Below, in pieces: positions 38,432 to 49,036 of a stretch of DNA of 64,000 nucleotides. Origin of the DNA: Parcubacteria group bacterium GW2011_GWA2_40_23 (lineage in GTDB: Bacteria; Patescibacteriota; Patescibacteriia; UBA11705; JABHMO01); NCBI GenBank assembly GCA_000996245.1, contig LBYP01000003.1, forward strand, positions 9,509 through 73,508. Direction: 5' to 3'. The position numbers were made by a program, and so were the translations under genes. Under the pieces are notes generated by a model, which saw nothing but the letters and a program-made list of their open reading frames with translations, was not told the origin of the DNA and made no database searches. Each line of letters opens with the position of its first letter. Position 1 is the first letter of the stretch.

Positions 38432-41275
38432 ATGCCAATTTCTCAGCTCCATGTGGTCCATCATCGTCCACCGACCGAACATAAACATAAACGAAAATTA
38501 TTGAGAAAAATTATCAAGAAAATTTTTCTCTATGGTTTAGTTTTAGGTCTTTTGCTTGTTATTTACTTGATCGGAGCCTTTGCTTGGTATTCAAGATCTT
38601 TACCTGACCCAAATAAAATATTGGAAAGAAATTTAGCCCAAAGCACCAAGCTCTACGATCGTAAAGGTGAAACTATTTTGTATGATGTCCACGGAACTGA
38701 AAAAAGAACTTTAGTAAAACTGGAAGAAATACCTTTGTCTGTTCAACAAGCCACTATTGCTGCTGAAGATAGATATTTTTATGAACACGGCGGATTTAAT
38801 TTAATTGCCATGTTTAAGGGTGCTATTATAGATCCTTTAATGGGAAAACAGGCACGCGGCGGGTCAACTTTAACTCAGCAATTTGTTAAAAACTCCATTT
38901 TAACCAATGAAAGAAAAATATCTCGTAAGATAAAAGAGTTTATTTTGTCATATAAGATTGAAAAAGCTTTTACTAAGGATCAAATTTTACAGATGTATTT
39001 GAATGAAATTCCTTATGGCTCGGTGGCTTACGGTGTTCAATCAGCTAGTCAAACTTTTTTTAATAAAAGCGTTAAAGATGTGAATCTGGCTGAAGCTGCA
39101 ATTCTTGCGGCTTTACCAAAAGCGCCCAGCTATTATTCTCCATATGGCAGTAATATCGATCGTTTAATGGGGAGACAACAATATATTTTAGATCAAATGG
39201 CTGATCTTGGTTATATCACTAAAGACGAAGCAGAAGCTGCCAAAAAGCAGGAAGTAAAATTTGCTTTAAAACGCGAATCAATCACTGCTCCGCATTTTGT
39301 CATGTACATTAAAGAATTTTTGAGTGAGAAATTGGGTGAAGATTTAGTGGAGCGTGGAGGTTTAAAAGTTATTACAACCTTAGATTTGGACAGGCAAAAG
39401 ATTGCAGAAGAAGCTGTGGTGAAAGGTGTCGATGATCGTGGTGCAAAATACGGATTTTATAACGCGGCGCTTTTATCTCTTGATCCTCGCACTGGTCAGA
39501 TATTGGCAATGGTCGGATCAAAAGATTATTTTGATTTAGAACATGATGGTAATGTTAATGTAACACTCCGCTTGCGCCAGCCGGGTTCTTCGATGAAACC
39601 GTTAGTTTATGCCACAGCTTTTAAACAAGGCTATACTCCAAACACAATCCTTTACGATGTAAATACAACTTTCAAAACTGACACCGCCGATTATAACCCG
39701 AGAAATTACGACTTGGGGCAACATGGGCCAGTCACAATGAGGACAGCGCTTGCAGGTTCATTGAATATTCCAGCAGTAAAAACTTTATATCTAGCTGGGG
39801 TTAAAAACGTTATCGACTTTTTGGAGCTCATGGGCTATACGTCTTTTGAAGATCGCAGCCGCTTTGGTTTGTCCTTAGTTTTGGGTGGAGGAGAAGTTCG
39901 TCTAATTGAACACGCAGCTGCTTATGCGACTTTTGCTAATGCGGGTGTGGCTAATCCAGTTACAGGAATTTTACGAGTTGAAGATAGTAAGGGAAATGTT
40001 TTAATGGAGTTCGAAAAACGAGATCGTCGTGTGCTTGATCAAAATATTGCTAACATTATGAGTAATGTTTTGTCTGATAATGAGGCACGTACTTATATTT
40101 TTGGCGCGCAAAATAATTTAACGCTTTCCAATAGACCAGTTGCGGCTAAAACCGGCACAACTAATGATTATAAAGATGCTTGGACTATGGGTTATACTCC
40201 TTCGCTCGTCACGGGTGTTTGGGTTGGTAATAATGATAGTACAGAAATGAAAAAGGGCGCTGATGGTAGCGTTATTGCAGCACCAATTTGGCGTGAATAT
40301 ATGGATAAGGCTTTAGCAGGCTCGTTGATTGAGGGTTTTGCTGCAGCAACTATTGACTTGACGGGTAAACCGGTTTTGGATGGAGTGATTGGAGAAGAGA
40401 CAACTGTTAAAATTGATAAGTTTACCGGTAAATTGGCAACATCAGAAACTCCGGAAAGCGCAGTTGAAGAAAAGAAGTTTTATAATGCGCATGACATTTT
40501 ACATTATGTTATTAAAGAAGATCCGCGTGGTTCAGCACCAGCTGACCCAGCCAAGGCTGACTCTGCTTATGTTCAATGGGAAGCTGGGGTTAAAGATTGG
40601 GTTAAGTTAAAACAAGCTGAGCATAAAGATGGGGAACCGGAATTTGTTTATGATTCTGCTCCAACTGAAATGGATGATGTTCACATTGCAGCGAATAAAC
40701 CATTTATTTCTATTAACTCACCAACTAACGGTCAAACCGTTGAAGGTGTTATGCAAGTTTTTGTTAATGCTTCAGCTCCGCGCGGTGTGAGTCGAGTTGA
40801 ATATTATTTGAACAAAAGAAAAGTTGGTACTATAACGACTGCACCATATACTTTAACCTTGCCACTTAATAGTTTTTTTATGAAGGGCAGTCGTCAGTTG
40901 CGTGCGGTTGTTTATGATGATGTCGACAACTCGAATGAGGCGAGCGTTAATGTTAATATCAATATTGGGAATATTTCTCAACCGAGTATTGTTTGGCAGA
41001 ATGTGAATGGTGTTAGTTTAAAGACAAGCTCATTCCCGTTTACTATAAAAGCTCAGTTGACTGATGTCTTATCTAGTAAGAAAGTTGATTTATATTTACG
41101 CAATCAAGATTCTGGTACAGTAAATTTTTTGGGTGCGATGATATTACCGGAAAATAGTGGATTAGAAATGGTTATACCAACTTTAGCGGCTGGCCGATAT
41201 AGTTTATATGCTGAAATTACTGATCCGTTGGATAATAAGTATACAACCTCCTCGGCCACCTTTTCGGTGGAATAA
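38432..41275 (+). CDS. class A penicillin-binding protein (PBP1A family) with C-terminal Ig-like domains
   Basis: EDRYFYEHGG, GGSTLTQQFVKN, QPGSSMKP, SLN, KTGT. Confidence 0.93.
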   Translation: MPISQLHVVHHRPPTEHKHKRKLLRKIIKKIFLYGLVLGLLLVIYLIGAFAWYSRSLPDPNKILERNLAQSTKLYDRKGETILYDVHGTEKRTLVKLEEIPLSVQQATIAAEDRYFYEHGGFNLIAMFKGAIIDPLMGKQARGGSTLTQQFVKNSILTNERKISRKIKEFILSYKIEKAFTKDQILQMYLNEIPYGSVAYGVQSASQTFFNKSVKDVNLAEAAILAALPKAPSYYSPYGSNIDRLMGRQQYILDQMADLGYITKDEAEAAKKQEVKFALKRESITAPHFVMYIKEFLSEKLGEDLVERGGLKVITTLDLDRQKIAEEAVVKGVDDRGAKYGFYNAALLSLDPRTGQILAMVGSKDYFDLEHDGNVNVTLRLRQPGSSMKPLVYATAFKQGYTPNTILYDVNTTFKTDTADYNPRNYDLGQHGPVTMRTALAGSLNIPAVKTLYLAGVKNVIDFLELMGYTSFEDRSRFGLSLVLGGGEVRLIEHAAAYATFANAGVANPVTGILRVEDSKGNVLMEFEKRDRRVLDQNIANIMSNVLSDNEARTYIFGAQNNLTLSNRPVAAKTGTTNDYKDAWTMGYTPSLVTGVWVGNNDSTEMKKGADGSVIAAPIWREYMDKALAGSLIEGFAAATIDLTGKPVLDGVIGEETTVKIDKFTGKLATSETPESAVEEKKFYNAHDILHYVIKEDPRGSAPADPAKADSAYVQWEAGVKDWVKLKQAEHKDGEPEFVYDSAPTEMDDVHIAANKPFISINSPTNGQTVEGVMQVFVNASAPRGVSRVEYYLNKRKVGTITTAPYTLTLPLNSFFMKGSRQLRAVVYDDVDNSNEASVNVNINIGNISQPSIVWQNVNGVSLKTSSFPFTIKAQLTDVLSSKKVDLYLRNQDSGTVNFLGAMILPENSGLEMVIPTLAAGRYSLYAEITDPLDNKYTTSSATFSVE

Positions 41276-41284
41276 AATGCGCAC

Positions 41285-41374
41285 AAAAAATTGTACGTAA
41301 CAACGCATTTGCGTTGTAGGGAACAAAAATTTTTGTTCCCTACCGTCCATACGGACGGTTCGTACAATTTTTTT
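41285..41374 (+). repeat. four-way-junction palindromic element, copy 1
   Basis: Outer stem plus three internal hairpins, homologous to 45419-45504 and 61214-61298. Confidence 0.85.
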
Positions 41375-41419
41375 ATTAAAATTAACGACCGGCTTCGATG
41401 AGGAAGTCGGTCGGGTCGG

Positions 41420-41815
41420 TCACTTGAGCGGTTCGAGCAAGACGAACATTGGCACTTCGTTTGCCGTTGGGATGAGGCAAAGCTTGGTGCCGAGCATTTC
41501 GTACTTGTAGATCGCTTCTTTTTCTTCTTTGCTCCGCGAGTTGAAGACGAAGCCGGCGCTTTCGGCCTGAGCGTGTTCATGAACACGCACGTAGAGCAGG
41601 TCCAGCCCAGCGTTCTTGATGTCGGACGGAATATCTGCCGTGGTCTTGGCCAGGTGTTCGGGGGACAGGATCCCTGCGATCGTAACCACGCGGCACGTGT
41701 AGACAGGTGGTTGCTTTCCTTCGGACTGACAGCAGCTGCTTGCTCTCATGACCAGGTACATTGCACTGGCCACGAGCACGAGACATCCGAATGTGAAGAG
41801 ACCACGGAACATCAT
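41420..41815 (-). CDS. GC-rich membrane-anchored orphan protein
   Basis: GAGGT SD, N-terminal TM, C-terminal FVLLEPLK. Confidence 0.6.
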   Translation of the reverse strand: MMFRGLFTFGCLVLVASAMYLVMRASSCCQSEGKQPPVYTCRVVTIAGILSPEHLAKTTADIPSDIKNAGLDLLYVRVHEHAQAESAGFVFNSRSKEEKEAIYKYEMLGTKLCLIPTANEVPMFVLLEPLK

Positions 41816-41832
41816 GGTTGACCTCGATGTTG

Positions 41833-42252
41833 TTACTGGATCTTGAGCGGTTCGTACAGGACGAACACACCCATCCGAACGAGGTCGACGCAAAGCGGAA
41901 TCTTGTTCCGCTGGTAGTCGAGGATGCTGGTCATGTTGTTCGGGAACGGTGACGACAGGATGTAACCCTCGTACTTGATGTTGTTGCCCTCGACGTTAGC
42001 CAGCACCACGTACGGCAGTTTCATGAAGGCCGGTTTCACTGCCTCGTTGTGCGGGATGCGCGTCTCGTCGTCGTGGTTTTCCCTCGCGACGATGCTCTCG
42101 ATGGTGACCATGACTTCGGGGCACCAGACGGTGAGCTGCTTCTCTGCCGTGTGGGTGCAGCCCTTGAACGAGAAGAGGTAGCTTAAGCCGATGAAGAAGA
42201 GTGCTCCGAGGAGTAAGCCGCCAATCGCACCAAGGACGCGACGGAGAGTCAT
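41833..42252 (-). CDS. GC-rich membrane-anchored orphan protein (paralog of neighbour)
   Basis: N-terminal TM, C-terminal FVLYEPLK, TTGACA-17-TATTCT promoter. Confidence 0.6.
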   Translation of the reverse strand: MTLRRVLGAIGGLLLGALFFIGLSYLFSFKGCTHTAEKQLTVWCPEVMVTIESIVARENHDDETRIPHNEAVKPAFMKLPYVVLANVEGNNIKYEGYILSSPFPNNMTSILDYQRNKIPLCVDLVRMGVFVLYEPLKIQ

Positions 42253-42366
42253 GGTAAGCCTCAACATGGTTTATCGATCCGAACTTAAAAGAATAGCAAA
42301 ATGCGCTAATTTTGTCAACAGCAGGGGCTTTGTTAGAGGTTGGTTTTCTGCTATAATTGGAGAGTT

Positions 42367-45300
42367 ATGCATCTACAACGTATAGAAATCCAAGGCTTCA
42401 AGTCTTTTGCCCAAAAGACTGTTTTTGATTTCCCTGAATATTCCAACCACGACAAAAACGCCAAGAGCATTACAGCTGTCGTCGGCCCAAATGGATCTGG
42501 TAAATCAAACGTGTCCGATGCTATTCGTTGGGTCTTGGGTGAACAAAGTTTAAAACTGATTCGTTGTAAAAAATCTGATGATGTGATTTTTGGTGGATCA
42601 GAAAAAAAGGCCAGACAAGGTTTTGCTGAAGTTTCACTTTTCATGAATAATGAGGACAAAGAATTACCGGTTGATTTCAGCGAACTTGTTATTACGCGTC
42701 GTGTTTATAGAAACGGCGAGACCGAATATTTAATTAATCGTCGAGCCGTACGTCTTTTTGATGTTTTAATTCTTTTGGCCAAGGCAAACTTTGGGCAACG
42801 CAGTTACAGTATTATTGGTCAGGGCATGGTTGATCATATTATTAATATTTCTGCTTTTGAACGCAAAGAATTTTTCGATGAAGCAACTGGTGTTAAGCAA
42901 TATCAAATTAAACGCGACCAAGCAGTTAATCGTTTGCGTCGTTCACGAGAAAATTTAGATCAAACCAATAAAGTTTTAGCTGAACTCGAACCACGACTTA
43001 GATTGCTCACTCGTCAAATCAAAAAATTAGAAATGAGGAAAGAATTAGAAAAAGAATTAAGAGATTTACAGAAGAAATACTACAATTATCTTTGGACCAA
43101 AATGCAGGCAGATCGCCAACGAGAAGACGAGAAGTTTGGCATTAAAGACTCGTTTAAAAAAGATTTAGAAGTTCGTTTAAATGAAGTTCAAAACAAGTTA
43201 GCCTTTTTAGCACGACAAGAATCACGTAAAGACATTTTTAACAATTTACAGAAAGATTATAATAAATTACAAAGTGAACGTAATGACTTAATGAAAGAAC
43301 TGACCATGGTCAAAGGTAAGATGAGTTTAGAGTATGTAAAGTTTGGCAAGCAAAATCTTTCGTGGTTAGAAGATAAAAAAGATGAGCTAGGTCGTCGCAT
43401 TAAGGAAATCACTGAGAGTGCCAATAACCTAAAAGTAAAACTTGATTATCGTACAGAGACTTTATTGGAGCAAGAAGGCAAATTCAATGAGTTAACTGGC
43501 AATTTAGTTGTTTTACGTAACAATTTACAAGTAGCAGAGGAAAACCTCCTAAACCTCAAATCTGGGGCTAAAAATAGCCATTATTTAGATGCTGTTAAGG
43601 CGATACTGCGTCAAAAAGACAGTATCAAGGGAATTTATGGAACGGTCAGTCAATTAGGCGCAACTCAAGCAATGTATGAAACTGCTTTGGCCATTGCTGC
43701 TGGCAATCGTTTAAGTGCTGTGGTTGTTCAAAGTGATGAAATCGCAGTGCGTTGCATTAATTTTTTGAAAGAAAGAAAATTAGGTTCGGTTATTTTCATT
43801 CCATTAAATAAAATCCAGGCCAGCGCACCAAATAAAGACTCTAAAGAACTTTTAGTGGCGAATGGTGCCATTGGTTTTGCAGTTGAACTATTAAGTTTTG
43901 ATGAAAAATATAAAAAAGCTTTTCAATTTGTTTTTGGTTCAACAATAGTTGTAGATAATCTTGAGAACGCTAAGACAATCGGTGTCGGTCGCGAACGCAT
44001 GGTCACACTCGATGGTGATGTAATGGAAAAAACTGGCATGATGCGCGGTGGTTATCGTCGCGAAGGCTCAGTTTCTTGGTTCATTTTAGTTGATGATAAA
44101 TTTTCTGGTTCACAAGAAGAGCTAATGAGAGAAATTGCCATTTTGAAAAATAAAATTGAAGAATCAACTCGAGAAAGAGAAAGTTTGGAGCTCCAATTGA
44201 ACGAATCTCGAGTTGAGAAACAGATTAACGAAACCAAAACAAAGGGTTTAGCTAATGATTTGGTAGATTTGCAAAAAGAAAAAGAGAAGATTGAAGTTGA
44301 AATCAATGAAAATAAAATAGCGCCAGACGATCAAGATAAATATTTGAAAGATTTAGATGCACGTCGCAAGGGTTTTGAATTAAAGCTCGAGAAGGCAGAT
44401 GAAGAAGTCGCTGATATACGTCAAAAGCTCGACGTTTTCAACCTAGAAGAAGAGAAAAAGAAAGAAGAAGTTTTTGCCATGCAATCAGAAATGCAAAAAT
44501 ACCAGATGAAGTTGAATGAAGTTAGTAACGAAGTGAACACGATCAATATTACCATCGCTAAACTTGAAACAAAGCGTGAAGATTTAGAAAAAGAAGCGAT
44601 TCAAGAAGTTGGACCAGAATTTAAATTCACAAAATCAGATATTGAAGCGTTGAATGTTGATGAGCTTTGGTTCAATATCAGCAAACTAAGAAATAGTTTA
44701 GAACAAATTGGGGGCATTGATGCAGAAATTGTAGAAGAACATAAAGAAGTTTCTGAAAGATACGAATTTTTATCAGCGCAAGTCAAAGATTTGGACAAAG
44801 CGATTGGAGACTTGGAAAAAATTGTTGGCGAACTTGATGAATTAATCAATAAACAATTTGATTCATCATTTAAGAAGATTAATAAAGCGTTTGAAAAATA
44901 TTTTGAGAAGATTTTTAATGGTGGGAAGGCAAAACTGGAATTAGTTCAAAAAGAAAAACCCACAAAAGCTGAAGCCGAAGTCGTACAAGCGGAAACTGGC
45001 GAGGCAGTGGCTCAAGATGAGTCTGACGAAGAACTTCCGGAAGAGAAATCAAAGTTATTGAATACTGGAATCGATATTATGGTTGCCCCACCAAATAAAA
45101 AGATTAGTAATATTGCAGTTCTTTCTGGTGGTGAAAGAACCATGACTTCACTGGCTCTCATTTGCGCGATCATCGAAAGTAATCCATCTCCATTTATAGT
45201 TATGGACGAGGTGGAAGCAGCTTTGGACGAAGAAAACTCTCATAAGTTCGCCGCAATTCTTCAAGAGCTGTCTTATAAAGCCCAGTTTATTATTATCACA

Positions 45301-45420
45301 CATAATAGAGTTACCATGCACGTCGCTGACGTTCTTTACGGCGTGGCCATGGGGGAAGATGGTGTGTCAAAAACATTGTCGTTGAAGTTGACAGAAGCGC
45401 AGGCAACCGTGAAAAAATAA
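42367..45420 (+). CDS. smc: chromosome segregation protein SMC
   Basis: GFKSFA, GPNGSGKSN, hinge, LSGGE, MDEVEAALD. Confidence 0.95.
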   Translation: MHLQRIEIQGFKSFAQKTVFDFPEYSNHDKNAKSITAVVGPNGSGKSNVSDAIRWVLGEQSLKLIRCKKSDDVIFGGSEKKARQGFAEVSLFMNNEDKELPVDFSELVITRRVYRNGETEYLINRRAVRLFDVLILLAKANFGQRSYSIIGQGMVDHIINISAFERKEFFDEATGVKQYQIKRDQAVNRLRRSRENLDQTNKVLAELEPRLRLLTRQIKKLEMRKELEKELRDLQKKYYNYLWTKMQADRQREDEKFGIKDSFKKDLEVRLNEVQNKLAFLARQESRKDIFNNLQKDYNKLQSERNDLMKELTMVKGKMSLEYVKFGKQNLSWLEDKKDELGRRIKEITESANNLKVKLDYRTETLLEQEGKFNELTGNLVVLRNNLQVAEENLLNLKSGAKNSHYLDAVKAILRQKDSIKGIYGTVSQLGATQAMYETALAIAAGNRLSAVVVQSDEIAVRCINFLKERKLGSVIFIPLNKIQASAPNKDSKELLVANGAIGFAVELLSFDEKYKKAFQFVFGSTIVVDNLENAKTIGVGRERMVTLDGDVMEKTGMMRGGYRREGSVSWFILVDDKFSGSQEELMREIAILKNKIEESTRERESLELQLNESRVEKQINETKTKGLANDLVDLQKEKEKIEVEINENKIAPDDQDKYLKDLDARRKGFELKLEKADEEVADIRQKLDVFNLEEEKKKEEVFAMQSEMQKYQMKLNEVSNEVNTINITIAKLETKREDLEKEAIQEVGPEFKFTKSDIEALNVDELWFNISKLRNSLEQIGGIDAEIVEEHKEVSERYEFLSAQVKDLDKAIGDLEKIVGELDELINKQFDSSFKKINKAFEKYFEKIFNGGKAKLELVQKEKPTKAEAEVVQAETGEAVAQDESDEELPEEKSKLLNTGIDIMVAPPNKKISNIAVLSGGERTMTSLALICAIIESNPSPFIVMDEVEAALDEENSHKFAAILQELSYKAQFIIITHNRVTMHVADVLYGVAMGEDGVSKTLSLKLTEAQATVKK

Positions 45421-45504
45421 AAAATGTACGCGCAACACGTCTGTGTTGTAGGGAACAAAAATTTTTGTTCCCTACCGTCCAAATGGACGGGGCGTACATT
45501 TTTT
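45419..45504 (+). repeat. four-way-junction palindromic element, copy 2
   Basis: Same architecture as copy 1 with compensatory changes. Confidence 0.85.
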
Positions 45505-47053
45505 ATTGTTTCCACAGCTCCTCAAAATAATCATTGTACGATTGCACCAAATGTTCATTTTCAGAAATAAAGAAGATGGGCTTTTTTTTGTCTGCCCAAT
45601 TAGCAATGACGAGTTTTTTGCCATAGAGCCAGACAACATTGGGGTTGCCTATTTTTGAAAGATTATATTTTGTGCGACTCCATGGATATTTGGTAATGGC
45701 ATGGCCTTGGACACTACGATCAACAATATTGCGCCAAATAATCCCCGGAGTATTTTTGGCTTTGGCTTCAATCTTTTTAAAAAGTTCAGGATAATAATCG
45801 ATAAAATATCCGCGGGCGCCAATCAAGCGTAATTCCTTAGTGTCAAGCGCTTCAAACCAAATTTTCTGCAGAGCTTCTGGACCTTGAAGTGTGTACGTTT
45901 CTTGCTGCCAAATATTATCAAAATAATTTTTGAATGATTCAGCCATGATTGGATTATCGAAAGAGATAACAGTTGGAACTTTTTCGTAAAGAATGAAAAA
46001 AATCTTATTGTTATAAATATTTATCTGCATCGGTATGGGGGTGGTGTTGATGTATTTTCTTAAAAAGCTTACTTTGCCTTCGGGATCCCCACATTTGGCA
46101 AATTTTTCTTTTAAATTATCATATGATTCTTGAAAACAAAGCATTTTTGTTATTACACCTTTTTTTATTCTTTCGGTGTGAAATTTGTCGTAGAGTTCAT
46201 GGAAACCAGGTGGATAATCTTTGCCTAAAGCACCGAGAACATAATAATGTTCCCCAGGTTTTAGTGCATTGAGCTGATCATAAATAGCTTCTTCAACAGC
46301 ATCTAATCCAGTTTTAGTGATGGTTCGTTGATTCCAAAAATAGTTGAAGTATTTTTTAAAGCCCTCAACAATTTTTTTGTCTTTGACGCTAATCGTAATG
46401 GGGTTATCACTCATCAACCCGATATTTAAAAGATCATCAATAAAATCAAACCAAAAAGGGGAATCGATATTGAAGGGTAGAAAGCGAGCTTTGCTCAATG
46501 GCAAGGAGTTTCTCCACGCCAAGCCTTCTTTGACGAGTGGGTCAGATGAAAGCTCATATAAAATTTTTTGACTGATTTTTTTCTTTTCACGTTCTTTGTG
46601 AAAACGCTTCCAAAATGATTCCATTTCTGGTTTTGATGTTAAATTTGTTGCGCCAAGAACATAAAACTCACTACCAGCTGGATAATTTAAAACGCGATTG
46701 CGAGCTCTTTTAATCCCTTCAACGCCCGCAAAGATTTGGATGTCGCCAGCTTCTGTGGTGTGTCTTTTGTGTAGTTCAATAATAATTTCCTTCGCTGTTT
46801 CTTCTTGATCAAGAACGTTTTCGAGAATCGATTCAGGATTGTTGGGAATGAACTCAGCTACGCCACGAGAGGTGAGTTTTGAAACCAACTTTTTTTTAAG
46901 TAATGATTCAAGAGACGTATAAACTAGGTTACGATGTAATCCCGTAAGTTCAATTATTTTACCAGCGCGGCTTTTCCCGTTTTCAATTAGGTATAAATAT
47001 ACAGTGATTTCATTAGGTGAAAAGCCTAGTTGTTGTAGTTTGTCTTTTATCAT
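45503..47053 (-). CDS. TrmB-family HTH regulator with three repeated effector-like domains
   Basis: LQQLGFSPNEITVYLYL HTH and three repeats ending YF..(F/I/L)W. Confidence 0.75.
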   Translation of the reverse strand: MIKDKLQQLGFSPNEITVYLYLIENGKSRAGKIIELTGLHRNLVYTSLESLLKKKLVSKLTSRGVAEFIPNNPESILENVLDQEETAKEIIIELHKRHTTEAGDIQIFAGVEGIKRARNRVLNYPAGSEFYVLGATNLTSKPEMESFWKRFHKEREKKKISQKILYELSSDPLVKEGLAWRNSLPLSKARFLPFNIDSPFWFDFIDDLLNIGLMSDNPITISVKDKKIVEGFKKYFNYFWNQRTITKTGLDAVEEAIYDQLNALKPGEHYYVLGALGKDYPPGFHELYDKFHTERIKKGVITKMLCFQESYDNLKEKFAKCGDPEGKVSFLRKYINTTPIPMQINIYNNKIFFILYEKVPTVISFDNPIMAESFKNYFDNIWQQETYTLQGPEALQKIWFEALDTKELRLIGARGYFIDYYPELFKKIEAKAKNTPGIIWRNIVDRSVQGHAITKYPWSRTKYNLSKIGNPNVVWLYGKKLVIANWADKKKPIFFISENEHLVQSYNDYFEELWKQ

Positions 47054-47242
47054 ATATTTAGTGACAGTTTTATTATAGTAAAATTAGTCAATAAAGACAA
47101 GCTTGCATCTATTTTGTCTGTGTGGTTTGATTATATTTTGACTAAATTTAAAGCAAAAGGCTTGATTTATCTTAATTTTTATGATATTATTATAAGTCCT
47201 GACAAGTAGGGACAAGACAAACCAACTCTTGTGGAGGCTCTC

Positions 47243-47842
47243 ATGAAGCTCGCTAGCCTGATCCTCGCCCTTGCGCTGGTGCTGTCCTCGACCGTCTTCG
47301 CCCAGGAGCGTTCGCTCTCGGGCAACTTCGAGATCCAGAGCGTGACCCCTGCGGTCGAGAAGAACCTGATCCTGAGCGGCGGCCTGATCTACAAGGTCAC
47401 CCCGCAGTTCGCCGGGAAGCTCTTCTTCCTGACCAAGGGACCCTGGGCCGAAGTCTATGCGGGACCGATGTTCACGCCCGCAGCCTGGATTCAGCTCTAC
47501 GCGTGCGCGGGTGCGAGCCAGAAGGCTGGGGAGCTTGAGCTCCGGACCGCGTACGGCATCAACCTGATCTACCGCGCGTTCGTCTTCAGCGCGGGTACCG
47601 AGATGAACAATGCCGCCTACAAGGGCGACTACAAGTCCATCTGGTACGACATCACGGCTACTTATCAGCCCCTGTCCTGGCTCATCGTGGGCCTGAAGGA
47701 CCGGCGGCCTGTCGGTTTCGGTCCCATGATCCGCTTCCGCTACGACGTGGCAGAGGTCTGGGTCACCTGGGCACCGGTCTCGTCCGAGAACTCGACGACC
47801 GACATGGATCGCTTCATCGTCGGTTTGAAGTTCAACCTCTAG
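47243..47842 (+). CDS. GC-rich secreted protein, possible beta-barrel
   Basis: GGAGG SD, signal peptide (VFA/Q), amphipathic beta strands, C-terminal FIVGLKFNL. Confidence 0.6.
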   Translation: MKLASLILALALVLSSTVFAQERSLSGNFEIQSVTPAVEKNLILSGGLIYKVTPQFAGKLFFLTKGPWAEVYAGPMFTPAAWIQLYACAGASQKAGELELRTAYGINLIYRAFVFSAGTEMNNAAYKGDYKSIWYDITATYQPLSWLIVGLKDRRPVGFGPMIRFRYDVAEVWVTWAPVSSENSTTDMDRFIVGLKFNL

Positions 47843-47848
47843 CTAATG

Positions 47849-47888
47849 CCGGCGCACCTTCTCACGGAAGGTGCGCCGGATTCTTTTT
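47849..47888 (+). terminator. intrinsic terminator
   Basis: ccggcgcaccttc-tcacg-gaaggtgcgccgg followed by T-rich tail. Confidence 0.8.
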
Positions 47889-47965
47889 AATCAATTCTTT
47901 TCAATCACAGTTCCCAAGTAACTCTAATTTAGATATAATATAGTCATCAATTCTTAATCTTTTGT

Positions 47966-49033
47966 ATGGACGAATGGAGTTTAGTCATCTTAACCTTATT
48001 AGTGCTAATTTTGCCATCATTTAGGCAAGTTTTTTTTAGAAAAAATGAAAAAACAGAAGGCACAGTTGTCACTGAGCGATTAGTATTCTTCGACATCTTG
48101 CGCGGGATAGCTATTATTGCCGTTGTTCTGATCCATGTAACTTTTTTCTTTACTCATACCAAAGATTTAGTAAACAATAATTTTTTTATCAATGTCATTA
48201 ATAATATTTCTCGCTTTGCGATAGCTTTTTTCTTTATTTGCTCTGGAATATTGTTAAACCCAATTAAAACTAAACAAGATCTTAAAAATTTTTACTCCAG
48301 AAAGTTAGTCAGAATTGTCTTGCCTTATTTTTTTGTAACAATGTTTTTGTTCTTTGCAAATCCTGTTGGTATCAAAACACTTTTATTTCAACTTGTGACG
48401 GGAAAAGCCGCAGCTCCTTTCTATTTCGTTCTGGTTCTAATCCAAATGTATCTTCTTTACCCCTTGCTCTCGCGTTGGCGTTATAAAAGATGGTTTTTAC
48501 CCGTTATGTTTTTTGTCAGTTTGATTTACTTTGTTTCTCCGCTACCAGAGCAACCATTTGGATTCCCTATATTTCTACCATTTTTATTTTTGTTCTGTTA
48601 TGGCATGTACTATCGCGATCGGTTTTTAAATTATCAAGCGGATAAGCAAGAGATTTTTATTTGGATAATGATAATTTTAGCTGATGTTCTGATAATGATT
48701 TGGGGGCAAGATTATTATTATAATCAGCGCTATTTCTATGGCCCGGCTTTATTCAATGTCCTGTTTTTCTTCCGTCTCGGTGTTATGAGACACAAACGAG
48801 TCAGTAAATTTTTATTGGCTTTTGGAAAAAACAGTTTATGGATTTTTTTAACACATTTCCCGTTGATGGGTGTAATGTATCCGTATTTTTACATTTTTCA
48901 TTTTAATTATTATGTAACTTTTTTTGTCTGTTTTGTTGTCTCTTTGGGAACAAGTTATTTGTTGGCAAGAGCTTGTCAATTACTGTATGATTATGGAATT
49001 GAGCGATTTAAGATAAGAGGATCTAAAATTTAA
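47966..49033 (+). CDS. acyltransferase 3 family membrane protein
   Basis: FDILRGIAIIAVVLIH, RFAIAFFFICSG, SLWIFLTH. Confidence 0.85.
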   Translation: MDEWSLVILTLLVLILPSFRQVFFRKNEKTEGTVVTERLVFFDILRGIAIIAVVLIHVTFFFTHTKDLVNNNFFINVINNISRFAIAFFFICSGILLNPIKTKQDLKNFYSRKLVRIVLPYFFVTMFLFFANPVGIKTLLFQLVTGKAAAPFYFVLVLIQMYLLYPLLSRWRYKRWFLPVMFFVSLIYFVSPLPEQPFGFPIFLPFLFLFCYGMYYRDRFLNYQADKQEIFIWIMIILADVLIMIWGQDYYYNQRYFYGPALFNVLFFFRLGVMRHKRVSKFLLAFGKNSLWIFLTHFPLMGVMYPYFYIFHFNYYVTFFVCFVVSLGTSYLLARACQLLYDYGIERFKIRGSKI

Positions 49034-49036
49034 ACT

